Shown: in pieces, positions 9,032-16,915 of the stretch
Numbering within the stretch: position 1 is the stretch's first letter
Layout: each line of letters begins with the position of its first letter
Source: Candidatus Aminicenantes bacterium
GTDB lineage: Bacteria; Acidobacteriota; Aminicenantia; Aminicenantales; UBA4085
Direction of reading: 5' to 3'
Assembly (NCBI GenBank): GCA_963803915.1
Contig: CAWDOL010000015.1
Location: forward strand, 140,013-204,012
DNA length: 64,000 nucleotides
Program-made: the position numbers and the translations under genes
Notes under the pieces: generated by a model
Databases searched by the model: none
Seen by the model: only the letters and a program-made list of their open reading frames with translations
Told to the model about the DNA's origin: nothing

Positions 9032-10312
9032 ATGAAGCGTCTCCTTTTGTCTCCGGTTCTTGCAGGGCTCGTTCTTATGTGTGCCCCCGTCGCTTCATCT
9101 CCGCAGCGACGGACTTTGGCTGAAGCGCTCGTTGATCCCATGGTGCAGACCGCCCTCCAGCACATCGATGGCCGCGCGGAAAGGATGGGAGCCGATTTGG
9201 CCAAGATCGGCGCCATTCCTTCCCCATCCGGCGGCGAGCATGCGCGCGCCGCGGCCGTGGCGGCGATGATGCGGGCCATCGGCTTGTCGGCCGTGACTGT
9301 GGATGCCGTGCCGAACGCCGTCGGATATATCCCCGGGCGCTCGGGGCGGGCTCTCGTCTTTGTTTCCACCCTGGACGATCTGGCGACGGTGACCGCGCAT
9401 CAGAGCCGGGCCGCGGGCCCGCCGCGCGTGGACGGCGATCGGGTCCTGGGACCCGGCACCAATACCTCGGCGACCACCATGGCTCTTCTGAGCGCGGCCG
9501 AGGCCTACCTGAAGGCCGGGCTCAAACCGGAGCACGACCTGGTGTTTGCCGCCGTGGCCCAGGAAGAGACGGGCCTGACGGGCATGAAGAAGCTTTACGC
9601 CGATTACCGGGACCGGGCCGTCGGATTCGTCGACATCCTCGGCGACGGCCGCTCGATCTCCTATGGGGCGCTGGGAATCCACTGGTGGAAAGTGATCGCT
9701 TCGGGTCCCGCGGGCCACTCGTTAGGCGGCGGACTGCCCAACGTCAACCAGGGCCTCGGCCGGGCCGTCGACCGCATCCTGGCCTTGCCGCATCCGGCCC
9801 GCGAGACCGCTTTGCGCACGGTCGTCAACGTCGGCATCATCCAGAGCGGCACCGTATTCAATCACAAGCCCGAGAGCGGTTGGTTCTCACTGGATATCCG
9901 CTCCCTGGAGGCGGGATCGATCGACGCCGTTGAAAGCGCCGTGCGGGCCGAGCTGGCGCGCATCACCGAAGAGACGGGCATCGCTTTCAGGATGGAGCCC
10001 TTCCAAATCACTCCCGGCGGCCAGATCCCGGGGGCCGAGAGCTCTCCTCTGGTAAAGACGGCCGCCGCTATCTCCCGCCATCTGGGGTACGAGCCGCGTC
10101 TGGGCAATGCCGGCTCCTCCAACATGAACGTGGCTGTAGGAGGGGGCACGCCGGCCATCGGATTGGGCGGTGATCGGGGAGGCGCGAGGGGGACGCCCGA
10201 GGAGTGGGCCGGCATCCCGGCCATGGTCAGAAGCGCGAAGCACGTCTTTCTTCTGGCCGCGACCCTGGGCGGTGCGGCGTCGCTTGACTCCTCGAGTCTC
10301 GGAGCTTTATAG
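9032..10312 (+). CDS. Peptidase M20 family (secreted)
   Basis: Signal peptide MKRLLLSPVLAGLVLMCAPVASS begins at the ATG at 9032. Metal-site context GPGTNTSATT and AVAQEETGLTGM. M20-like dimerisation and C-terminal region. Confidence 0.8.
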   Translation: MKRLLLSPVLAGLVLMCAPVASSPQRRTLAEALVDPMVQTALQHIDGRAERMGADLAKIGAIPSPSGGEHARAAAVAAMMRAIGLSAVTVDAVPNAVGYIPGRSGRALVFVSTLDDLATVTAHQSRAAGPPRVDGDRVLGPGTNTSATTMALLSAAEAYLKAGLKPEHDLVFAAVAQEETGLTGMKKLYADYRDRAVGFVDILGDGRSISYGALGIHWWKVIASGPAGHSLGGGLPNVNQGLGRAVDRILALPHPARETALRTVVNVGIIQSGTVFNHKPESGWFSLDIRSLEAGSIDAVESAVRAELARITEETGIAFRMEPFQITPGGQIPGAESSPLVKTAAAISRHLGYEPRLGNAGSSNMNVAVGGGTPAIGLGGDRGGARGTPEEWAGIPAMVRSAKHVFLLAATLGGAASLDSSSLGAL

Positions 10313-10358
10313 TCGGCGATGAGAGGTTCAATTCTTTTTTTCACGGGGGGCGCAGCCT

Positions 10359-11279
10359 GTGATTCGAGCGTTTATTGGCGTCACCGACAGGGATTGGTAC
10401 GACCTGCTGTCCATAACTCCCGGTATCGATGAAGTCAACTTCTGGCAACCGGGAGGGCATCGTAAGTTCAGCGCCCTTGTGCCGGGGGAGATGTTCCTCT
10501 TCAAGCTTCACAGTCCGGAGAACTATATCGTCGGTGGAGGATTCTTCTCTTACTCCACCCTTCTGCCGACGAGCCTGGTTTGGGACTCCTTCAGGCAAAA
10601 GAACGGCGCCCGTTCGCTTCCGGAGATGAGAGCGCGGATTCAGCGGCTCCGTCAGAGCCTCGGCTCCAGGCACGAGGACTTCGTCATAGGCAACATACTG
10701 TTGACGCAGCCATTCTTCTTTGTTCGGGAGGAGTGGATTCCCATTCCGTATGATTGGAAGCCAAATATCGTCTCGGGTAAGAGATATGATCTGGAAACCG
10801 AGCCGGGGCTATCTCTATGGCGGGAGATCCAAGTCAGGCTGGCGGATCGTCAACTTCCCAATATGCCGGAGAATCCGATCCGAAGGTACGGTGATCCTAT
10901 TCTGGTTACCCCCAGGCTTGGACAAGGCGCGTTCCGAATCCAAGTTACGGATGCTTACGCTAAGCGTTGCGCCGTAACCGGCGAGAGAACCCTGCCGGTA
11001 CTGGAGGCAGCCCATATCAAGCCCTTTTCGGATGGCGGTGAGCATGCGGTTCCCAATGGTGTTCTTTTCCGTTCCGATATCCATACGCTGTTTGACAGAG
11101 GCTATGTGACGGTCTCGCCGGAATATCGCTTCGAAGTCAGCCAGCGAATCCGAGAGGATTTCGAGAATGGGCGGGATTACTATCGGTTGGCAGGGAGCCG
11201 TCTGATTCTTCCAAATGATATCGCTCAAAGACCGGATCTCGAGATGCTACGCTGGCACAATGAGCGTTTCTTGGGCTGA
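10359..11279 (+). CDS. HNH nuclease (HNH_2/PF13391-like) with N-terminal PUA/EVE/ASCH-like putative reader domain; candidate Type IV restriction enzyme
   Basis: 306 aa, GTG start. N-terminus: NFWQPGG..LVPGEMFLFKLHSPENYIVGGGFF. C-terminus: GQGAFRIQVTDAYAKRCAVTGERTLPVLEAAHIKPFSDGGEHAVPNGVLFRSDIHTLFDRGYVTV. Lower GC than the flanks. Confidence 0.8.
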   Translation: MIRAFIGVTDRDWYDLLSITPGIDEVNFWQPGGHRKFSALVPGEMFLFKLHSPENYIVGGGFFSYSTLLPTSLVWDSFRQKNGARSLPEMRARIQRLRQSLGSRHEDFVIGNILLTQPFFFVREEWIPIPYDWKPNIVSGKRYDLETEPGLSLWREIQVRLADRQLPNMPENPIRRYGDPILVTPRLGQGAFRIQVTDAYAKRCAVTGERTLPVLEAAHIKPFSDGGEHAVPNGVLFRSDIHTLFDRGYVTVSPEYRFEVSQRIREDFENGRDYYRLAGSRLILPNDIAQRPDLEMLRWHNERFLG

Positions 11280-11303
11280 ATACCCTGTGGCCGGAGCTGA
11301 CTG

Positions 11304-12293
11304 ATGGAGATGGAGCAGCGAGCACGGGTCTTCCTCGAGCTTTCCAAGTACACCGGCCGGGATGTCACGGCGGACTTCATCAAGCGCACCTTGGATCATC
11401 TCCCCGCTCTGGGCTTGCCTAGGATCCATTCGCTCTTCGAGGGGATCTACAAGCCTGCTGGGGATAAGTACGCCCTGTGCATTTACAGCCGCTCCGCGGC
11501 AGGAGCGGAGCATGCCGCGTATCCAGATGCGCTGGAGTTCCGGGAGGACGGCAGCTGGATCATGCTCTATTCTCCGAAACGAGGGTCTCTCGACACTTCG
11601 GTCAATCGGGCGCTGATGGCCTGTCAACGAGATCATATTCCGGTGCTTGTCATTGTTAAGATCAAACAAGACAAAAGGCTGCGAGGAGAAAGGTACAGAA
11701 TACTTGGTGCGGCTTTCATCGAGGAATACCGGCCTGATCTGGAGAGCTTTGTTCTTCGCGGCGGAAGAGCGAACATCGTTGATGGGCTCTTTGGCCCTCT
11801 TCAAGAAGAGGAGCGCGACCGATTCCTGATACGGAATCGGGTTTTCTCTCCATTCGCCCTCATTCGCGAGGATCGAACTCTCCATCAATATGACCGGGCC
11901 AGCCGTGAGCGTGCTTTCCGCTCAATTCTTTTAGAGGAGTATGGATGTCTTTGTGCGGTGTGCAAATCCAAGTTCATCCTTCGCGCGGGGCTCCAGAATC
12001 CCATCATCGAGGCAGAAGCCGCTCACATTATCCCGGTTAAAGCAAAAGGGCCAGATGACCCCCGCAACGGATTATCGCTGTGCCGGAGACACCACTGGGC
12101 TTTCGATCTTGGCCTGTTTACGGTCACCGATGCGGCGACGGTGAAGGTCAGCCCAAGAGTGCAGACGGCCATTCGTGAGAAATTCGATCTTGAGGAGTAC
12201 GAGGGCGAAGCTTTGATCCCTCCCGTCAATGATTTGTGCCGGCCGCATGAAACGGTCCTGCATTGGCACCAGAAGGAGAGCTTTCTCCGTTAG
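11304..12293 (+). CDS. HNH nuclease (HNH_2/PF13391-like) with N-terminal SRA/YDG-like putative reader domain; candidate Type IV restriction enzyme
   Basis: 329 aa, starting 24 nt after the previous gene. N-terminus: GIYKPAGDKYALCIYS..AAYPDALEFREDGSWIMLYS..NRALMACQRDHIPVLVIV. C-terminus: CAVCKSKF..EAEAAHIIPVKAKGPDDPRNGLSLCRRHHWAFDLGLFTV. Confidence 0.8.
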   Translation: MEMEQRARVFLELSKYTGRDVTADFIKRTLDHLPALGLPRIHSLFEGIYKPAGDKYALCIYSRSAAGAEHAAYPDALEFREDGSWIMLYSPKRGSLDTSVNRALMACQRDHIPVLVIVKIKQDKRLRGERYRILGAAFIEEYRPDLESFVLRGGRANIVDGLFGPLQEEERDRFLIRNRVFSPFALIREDRTLHQYDRASRERAFRSILLEEYGCLCAVCKSKFILRAGLQNPIIEAEAAHIIPVKAKGPDDPRNGLSLCRRHHWAFDLGLFTVTDAATVKVSPRVQTAIREKFDLEEYEGEALIPPVNDLCRPHETVLHWHQKESFLR

Positions 12294-13249
12294 CCGTTCA
12301 GAGCCCTCATGACAGCTGTCGCGAGGGCGATGTCCTGCACGGCCACCCCGGTCAGATCGACGACGGTGATCTGGCTGTCGGAAGTCCGGCCTTTCGCCCG
12401 GCCCGCGATGACGGCCCCCAGCTCGACACAGCGATCTTCCTTGATCTTGCCCGCCTCGAGCGCCCTGTGAATCTCGCCCCGGAGCCGGCACTGGGGTAGG
12501 CTGTCCGCCACGATCACGTCGGCCCCGGCCAGGATGTCCGAATCGAGCTCCTGCTTTTCGGGCGTGTCCGAGCCGACGGCCGTGATGTGGGTGCCCGGCC
12601 GCAGGTCGGCGGCCGAGAGGAGGGGCGTTTTCGACGGCGTCGCCGTGACGACCAGATTGCAGGACTTCAGGATGGCCGTCGTGTCTCGCGTTATTTCCAC
12701 CGCGAAGCCGAGGGAGCCCATCTCCCGTTTGTAGCTCTCGAGCTCGTCCGCGAGAGGCCCCCAGGCCAAAACATCCCGGCAATCCGTGATCCGCTCGAGC
12801 CACTCGAGCTGAAGCCGGGCCTGGACCCCGGCGCCGACGATGCCGATGCGCTCGACCTTGCGGGGCGCGAAGTATTTGGCCGCAATCGCGCCGGCAACCG
12901 CGGTCCGGACATCGGTCAGGTGCCCCTCGTCGAGCAGGATGGCGGCGGATTCGCCGGTGCTCTGCTTAAAGAGGAGCATGCAGCCGTTGCCCGACGGCAG
13001 CCCCAAGGCGGGATTGCCGTAGAAGCCGGAGGCGATCTTGATGACGTAGTATTCGTCGCCCTTGATGTAGCCGTACTTGATGTGAGTCTCGCCCTTGTCC
13101 AGGATCAGCTCGCCGACCGACGGCACGATCGCCCGGCCCTCGGAGTAGGCGACGAAACCCGCTTCGATGGCCGGGACGAGGTCCAGCGAGGGGAGGACTT
13201 CTTTGATCTCGGCCGGCGTTATGATCTTCACGAGAGGCCTCGGCGGCAA
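12290..13249 (-). CDS. Ornithine cyclodeaminase / mu-crystallin family protein
   Basis: 319-aa ORF with the family pattern ..GYIKGDEYYVIKIASGF..TDVRTAVAGAIAAKYFA..IGIVGAGVQARLQLEWL.. Start is TTG at 13249 or GTG at 13231. The stop overlaps the stop of the convergent HNH gene. Confidence 0.85.
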   Translation of the reverse strand: MPPRPLVKIITPAEIKEVLPSLDLVPAIEAGFVAYSEGRAIVPSVGELILDKGETHIKYGYIKGDEYYVIKIASGFYGNPALGLPSGNGCMLLFKQSTGESAAILLDEGHLTDVRTAVAGAIAAKYFAPRKVERIGIVGAGVQARLQLEWLERITDCRDVLAWGPLADELESYKREMGSLGFAVEITRDTTAILKSCNLVVTATPSKTPLLSAADLRPGTHITAVGSDTPEKQELDSDILAGADVIVADSLPQCRLRGEIHRALEAGKIKEDRCVELGAVIAGRAKGRTSDSQITVVDLTGVAVQDIALATAVMRALNG

Positions 13250-13252
13250 CGC

Positions 13253-14383
13253 CTATTTCGCCCCTAGCTCCTTGAGCAGCTCGCTGATCCGGCCGAGTGC
13301 CGGTTCCAGATATTCGTGAGGCTGGCCGTAGCTGATGCGGACGAAATGGTCCAGCCCGAAGTGGTCGCCGGGCACGATGAGCACCTTCTTCTCGTCGCGC
13401 AGCCGCTCGACAAGTCGGGTGGAATTAATGTCCAAGCCGTACTTCACGAAAGCGATGGCCGCGGCCTGGGGCGCCGCGCCGCTGAGGACGCCTCCCTGTT
13501 CCTTCATCCACTGTGCCAAAACAGGATAGCCGCGGCGGATATAGCCGCGGGTGCGTTGGATGATGCGGGGCCGGACGCGGGGGGACAGGGCATAGGCCGC
13601 CAGGTGGTTCGAGAGCATCGTGGCGCTCAGGGTCAGGTATTCGTGCCTGGCCCAGAGCTCATCGATGACGTCGGCCGGGCCGACGGCCCAGCCGATCCGC
13701 AGCCCCGGCAGGCCGTAGGCTTTGCTCAGGCTGCCCACGGCCAGGACCTTGTCGTACCTGCCGTAGAACGAAGGCGTCTGCTCTTCGGCCACCCGCTCGG
13801 CTCCGGCGTAAACTTCATCCGCCAATATCCAGGCTCCGGAGGGACGGGCGGCTTCGATGATCGCCTCCATCTCCTCGTTCTTGAGGATGTAGCCCGTCGG
13901 GTTGTTCGGGTTGCAGACCGCGATCAGCTTCGTTTTCGGGGTTACGGCCTTCTTGAGGCTTTCTAGGTCAAGGGCCCAGCCGTTCTTCTCGTCCAAGGAA
14001 AAAGTCCTGAGGTCGAGATTCAGGTTCTTGGCCAATCCCCAAATCTGCATGTAGTTCGGCAGCATGACGGCGGCCTGGTCCCCGCCTGCGAGCAGACCCC
14101 AGAGGATGTCGTAGTTGGCTTCGATGGCGCCTACAGTGACAAGGACGTTCTCCGGGCCCGCCCCTGGATAAAGGGCCGCGATGTTGCCTCTCAGCTCCGG
14201 GATGCCGTTGGCATGGGCGTAGTCCATCTCCAGAGCTTGCAGGCCGGCCAGCCCCTCCGGATCGTCCTGATAGAGCTCTTTCAGGGTCATCGGATGAACC
14301 CCGCTCTCCGAAAGGTTGTAGTCGACCGCCTTCTCGAACTTCGACATCATCCGTTCCATCACGAAAGGCTGAAACTGGGGCAT
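13253..14383 (-). CDS. Aminotransferase, class I/II (PLP-dependent)
   Basis: NPNNPTG and SLSKAYGLPGLRIGW (PLP-lysine context). The ATG at 14383 is preceded by AGGAGG. Its stop lies 3 nt from the OCD start, so the two are a likely operon. Confidence 0.85.
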   Translation of the reverse strand: MPQFQPFVMERMMSKFEKAVDYNLSESGVHPMTLKELYQDDPEGLAGLQALEMDYAHANGIPELRGNIAALYPGAGPENVLVTVGAIEANYDILWGLLAGGDQAAVMLPNYMQIWGLAKNLNLDLRTFSLDEKNGWALDLESLKKAVTPKTKLIAVCNPNNPTGYILKNEEMEAIIEAARPSGAWILADEVYAGAERVAEEQTPSFYGRYDKVLAVGSLSKAYGLPGLRIGWAVGPADVIDELWARHEYLTLSATMLSNHLAAYALSPRVRPRIIQRTRGYIRRGYPVLAQWMKEQGGVLSGAAPQAAAIAFVKYGLDINSTRLVERLRDEKKVLIVPGDHFGLDHFVRISYGQPHEYLEPALGRISELLKELGAK

Positions 14384-14405
14384 GGGCGCCTCCTTTGACG
14401 GGGGG

Positions 14406-14434
14406 AGGATAGCCCGGGCGAGGAGCAGGGTCAA
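14406..14434 (-). promoter_or_regulatory. Sigma70-like promoter candidate for the aminotransferase-OCD operon
   Basis: The minus strand reads TTGACC, a 17-nt spacer, then TATCCT, ending about 20 nt upstream of the RBS/ATG at 14383. Confidence 0.3.
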
Positions 14435-14508
14435 GAGCCCGCGCTGGGGCGGCGCCCCGAAACGCGAACCAAGGATATTCCTCTCTCTCTGTCGAATGAT
14501 TGAACTCC

Positions 14509-14530
14509 CTAAAAAAGCCCGAGGGCTTCC
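14509..14530 (-). terminator. Orphan intrinsic-terminator-like hairpin plus U-tract (minus strand)
   Basis: The minus strand reads GGGAAGCC-CTCG-GGCTT-TTTTAG: a 5-7 bp stem followed by a T-run. It sits inside a divergent intergenic region with no upstream minus-strand gene to terminate. Confidence 0.3.
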
Positions 14531-14572
14531 CGACGCCGCGATCCGGAAGCATCCGGGAAGGAAAGGAAGGCG

Positions 14573-16672
14573 ATGATGCGCGAGAAAGGGCTGTGGCTGT
14601 GTCTGACGGGGATTCTGTCTCTTTCGCTAGCCTCAGGAAACGGGGCCTCTCCATCCCCTGAAGGCGAGGCGAAGCCGAGCTACCCGATCGTCGATACCGG
14701 AGTCGCGACATTTTACAGCAACGATGCCGTCATCCCCGCGCCGGCCGAGGGGGCTCCTTTCTACGGACAGGATGCGACCTATCAGGGCAACGAGCCTTCC
14801 TATACCGATAACGGAGACGGGACCATCACCGATAACGTGACGGGCTTGATGTGGCAGAAGGATATGGGGAGTAAAATGTCGTTCGATGAAGCGGCGGCGG
14901 TCGCGCCGTCGTTGAGATTGGGCGGTTACGCCGATTGGCGGATTCCCTCGATTAAGGAGCTCTATTCCCTCATCCTGTTCACGGGGCAATCGAAAGGGGA
15001 ATCCGCCGTCAAGGCGTTCATCGATGAGTCCTATTTCATTCAGCCTTTGGGAGACACGGCCCAGGGCGAACGCCCGATTGATGCCCAGACATGGTCAGCG
15101 ACGAAGTACGTCGGAACGACCATGAGGGGGAATGAGACGATATTCGGGGTCAATTTCGTAGACGGGCGTATCAAAGGCTACCCCAAGATCGGAAATAGGA
15201 CCGGCCGCTCATCCGCCAATAGAATGTTCTTCCGCATGGTTAGGGGGAATCCCGCCTACGGACGCAATGATTTCGTGGATAACAACGATGGGACGATATC
15301 CGACAGGGCCACCGGTTTGATGTGGCAGAAGGCGGATGACGGTACGGCCCGCGATTGGGAAAGCTCGCTTGCGTATGCCGAGAATCTGGTCTTGGCGGGC
15401 CATTCCGACTGGCGTTTGCCCGATGCGAAAGAGCTCCAGAGCATTGTCGATTACACCCGGGCCCCGGACGTGACGCATTCGGCCGCCATTCATCCGCTGT
15501 TTCAGACCACTTCCATCGCGGACCCGGACGGGGTGGCCGGGCAATATCCGTTCTTTTGGACCGGCACGACCCATCTCGATGGGCCGAACCCCTATGCCTC
15601 GGCGGTCTACATCGCTTTCGGCAAAGCGCTGGGCAAGATGCGGGGGTTGCTGATGGACATGCACGGCGCGGGCGCGCAGCGGAGCGATCCGAAATCGGGA
15701 AACAGGGAGAGCTATCCCCAGTTCTTCGGCCCGCAGGGCGATCTTCGGTCTGTCTATAATTATGTCCGCTGCGTCAGGAATATCACGAAGGGGGGTCCCG
15801 TCGCTCGGATCCGCGAGGGCGCGCCGATGCGCGTGGTCACGCTCGGCACCGGCACGCCCCAGTTCAATGCGGCTCGGTCCGGACCGTCCGCGCTGATTCG
15901 TCAGGGGGACGGGAATTATCTCGTCGACATGGGCAACGGCACGCAAGCCGGACTCAGCCGCCTCGGTCTGAGCCCCCGGCAGCTTTCCGCGCTGATCATC
16001 ACGCATCACCATCTGGACCACAACGAGGAGTTCATCCCTCTTTTCATCGGGATCTGTCTGGCCGGCGGTGCGGCGGAAATCATCGGACCGCCGGGCACGA
16101 AGGCTCTCGCGGCGTTCATCTTGGAATTCTACGCCGAGGACATCCGCTACCGGCTCCGGCGTCAGGGCGGGGGTGCCTCGAAGATCCCGTCGCCCCCCGT
16201 GCGGGAGATCAAGGGCGGCGAAGCCTTCGTTCTGGGTTCGATCATGGTCACGACGGCCAAGGTCAACCATGCCCTCCCCACCGTCGCTTACCGCTTCGAC
16301 CGGGACGGCCGGTCGATCGTCGTTTCGGGTGACCTGACCTATTCGGAAAGCCTGGTCGACTTGGCCCGGGCCGCCGACGTGCTGGTCATGGACTCCGGCG
16401 GATCCCCGGTGCGGGCCGGCGCTCCGGGAAGGGGGCCCATCGGAAACCGGCCGGGGGCCGGAGCGGGCGGGGGCGATTTAAGGGCGCATGCCTCTCTGCA
16501 GGAAGTGGGCGAGATGGCCCAAAAAGCCGGGGTGAAGAAGCTGGTGTTAACCCACATCGGTCCGGGAACGATCGATGAGGCGGCGACCCAAAAAGCCCTG
16601 GGACGATTCTATTCGGGGGAAGTCGTCGTCGGCCATGACGGACTGGAAGTCACTCCCTCGCGGGTCCGGTAA
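14573..16672 (+). CDS. Fusion protein: two DUF1566 (Lcl C-terminal-like) modules + MBL-fold metallo-hydrolase
   Basis: 699 aa with a signal peptide. Two DUF1566 modules: DNGDGTITDNVTGLMWQKD..DWRIPSIKEL and NNDGTISDRATGLMWQKAD..DWRLPDAKEL. The C-terminal half has the MBL motif IITHHHLDHNEEF and ..VLTHIGPG. Confidence 0.75.
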   Translation: MMREKGLWLCLTGILSLSLASGNGASPSPEGEAKPSYPIVDTGVATFYSNDAVIPAPAEGAPFYGQDATYQGNEPSYTDNGDGTITDNVTGLMWQKDMGSKMSFDEAAAVAPSLRLGGYADWRIPSIKELYSLILFTGQSKGESAVKAFIDESYFIQPLGDTAQGERPIDAQTWSATKYVGTTMRGNETIFGVNFVDGRIKGYPKIGNRTGRSSANRMFFRMVRGNPAYGRNDFVDNNDGTISDRATGLMWQKADDGTARDWESSLAYAENLVLAGHSDWRLPDAKELQSIVDYTRAPDVTHSAAIHPLFQTTSIADPDGVAGQYPFFWTGTTHLDGPNPYASAVYIAFGKALGKMRGLLMDMHGAGAQRSDPKSGNRESYPQFFGPQGDLRSVYNYVRCVRNITKGGPVARIREGAPMRVVTLGTGTPQFNAARSGPSALIRQGDGNYLVDMGNGTQAGLSRLGLSPRQLSALIITHHHLDHNEEFIPLFIGICLAGGAAEIIGPPGTKALAAFILEFYAEDIRYRLRRQGGGASKIPSPPVREIKGGEAFVLGSIMVTTAKVNHALPTVAYRFDRDGRSIVVSGDLTYSESLVDLARAADVLVMDSGGSPVRAGAPGRGPIGNRPGAGAGGGDLRAHASLQEVGEMAQKAGVKKLVLTHIGPGTIDEAATQKALGRFYSGEVVVGHDGLEVTPSRVR

Positions 16673-16675
16673 GCC

Positions 16676-16770
16676 TCCGGGCTTTCCTGTTTCCCAGCCG
16701 CATCAGCAGCCCCATGGCGACGAGGACCAGGGCGACGATGAAATCGACTCGGAAGGCGGAGCCGTGATGC
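16676..16770 (-). pseudogene. Relic of the C-terminal helix of an SSS-transporter paralog
   Basis: Minus-strand translation ..AFRVDFIVALVLVAMGLLMRLGNRKARR.. compares with ..AFRIDFAVALALVAMGLLMRMGKKKTRRG* at 32201-32290. The nt similarity is obvious (CCGCATCAGCAGCCCCATGGCGAC is shared). Confidence 0.45.
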
Positions 16771-16915
16771 CACGGCCGGCAACGTCATCCGCTTCGAGAC
16801 GCGCTGAGGGGCGGAGTCTGGTTTCCCCGCCGGGCCGTTCCGGATGGGGGACGCCTCTGCCTTCGCAACGGTCCCGAGCCTGAGCCGGTCGCGCTCCGAA
16901 ATCGCGGCGGGCCGC

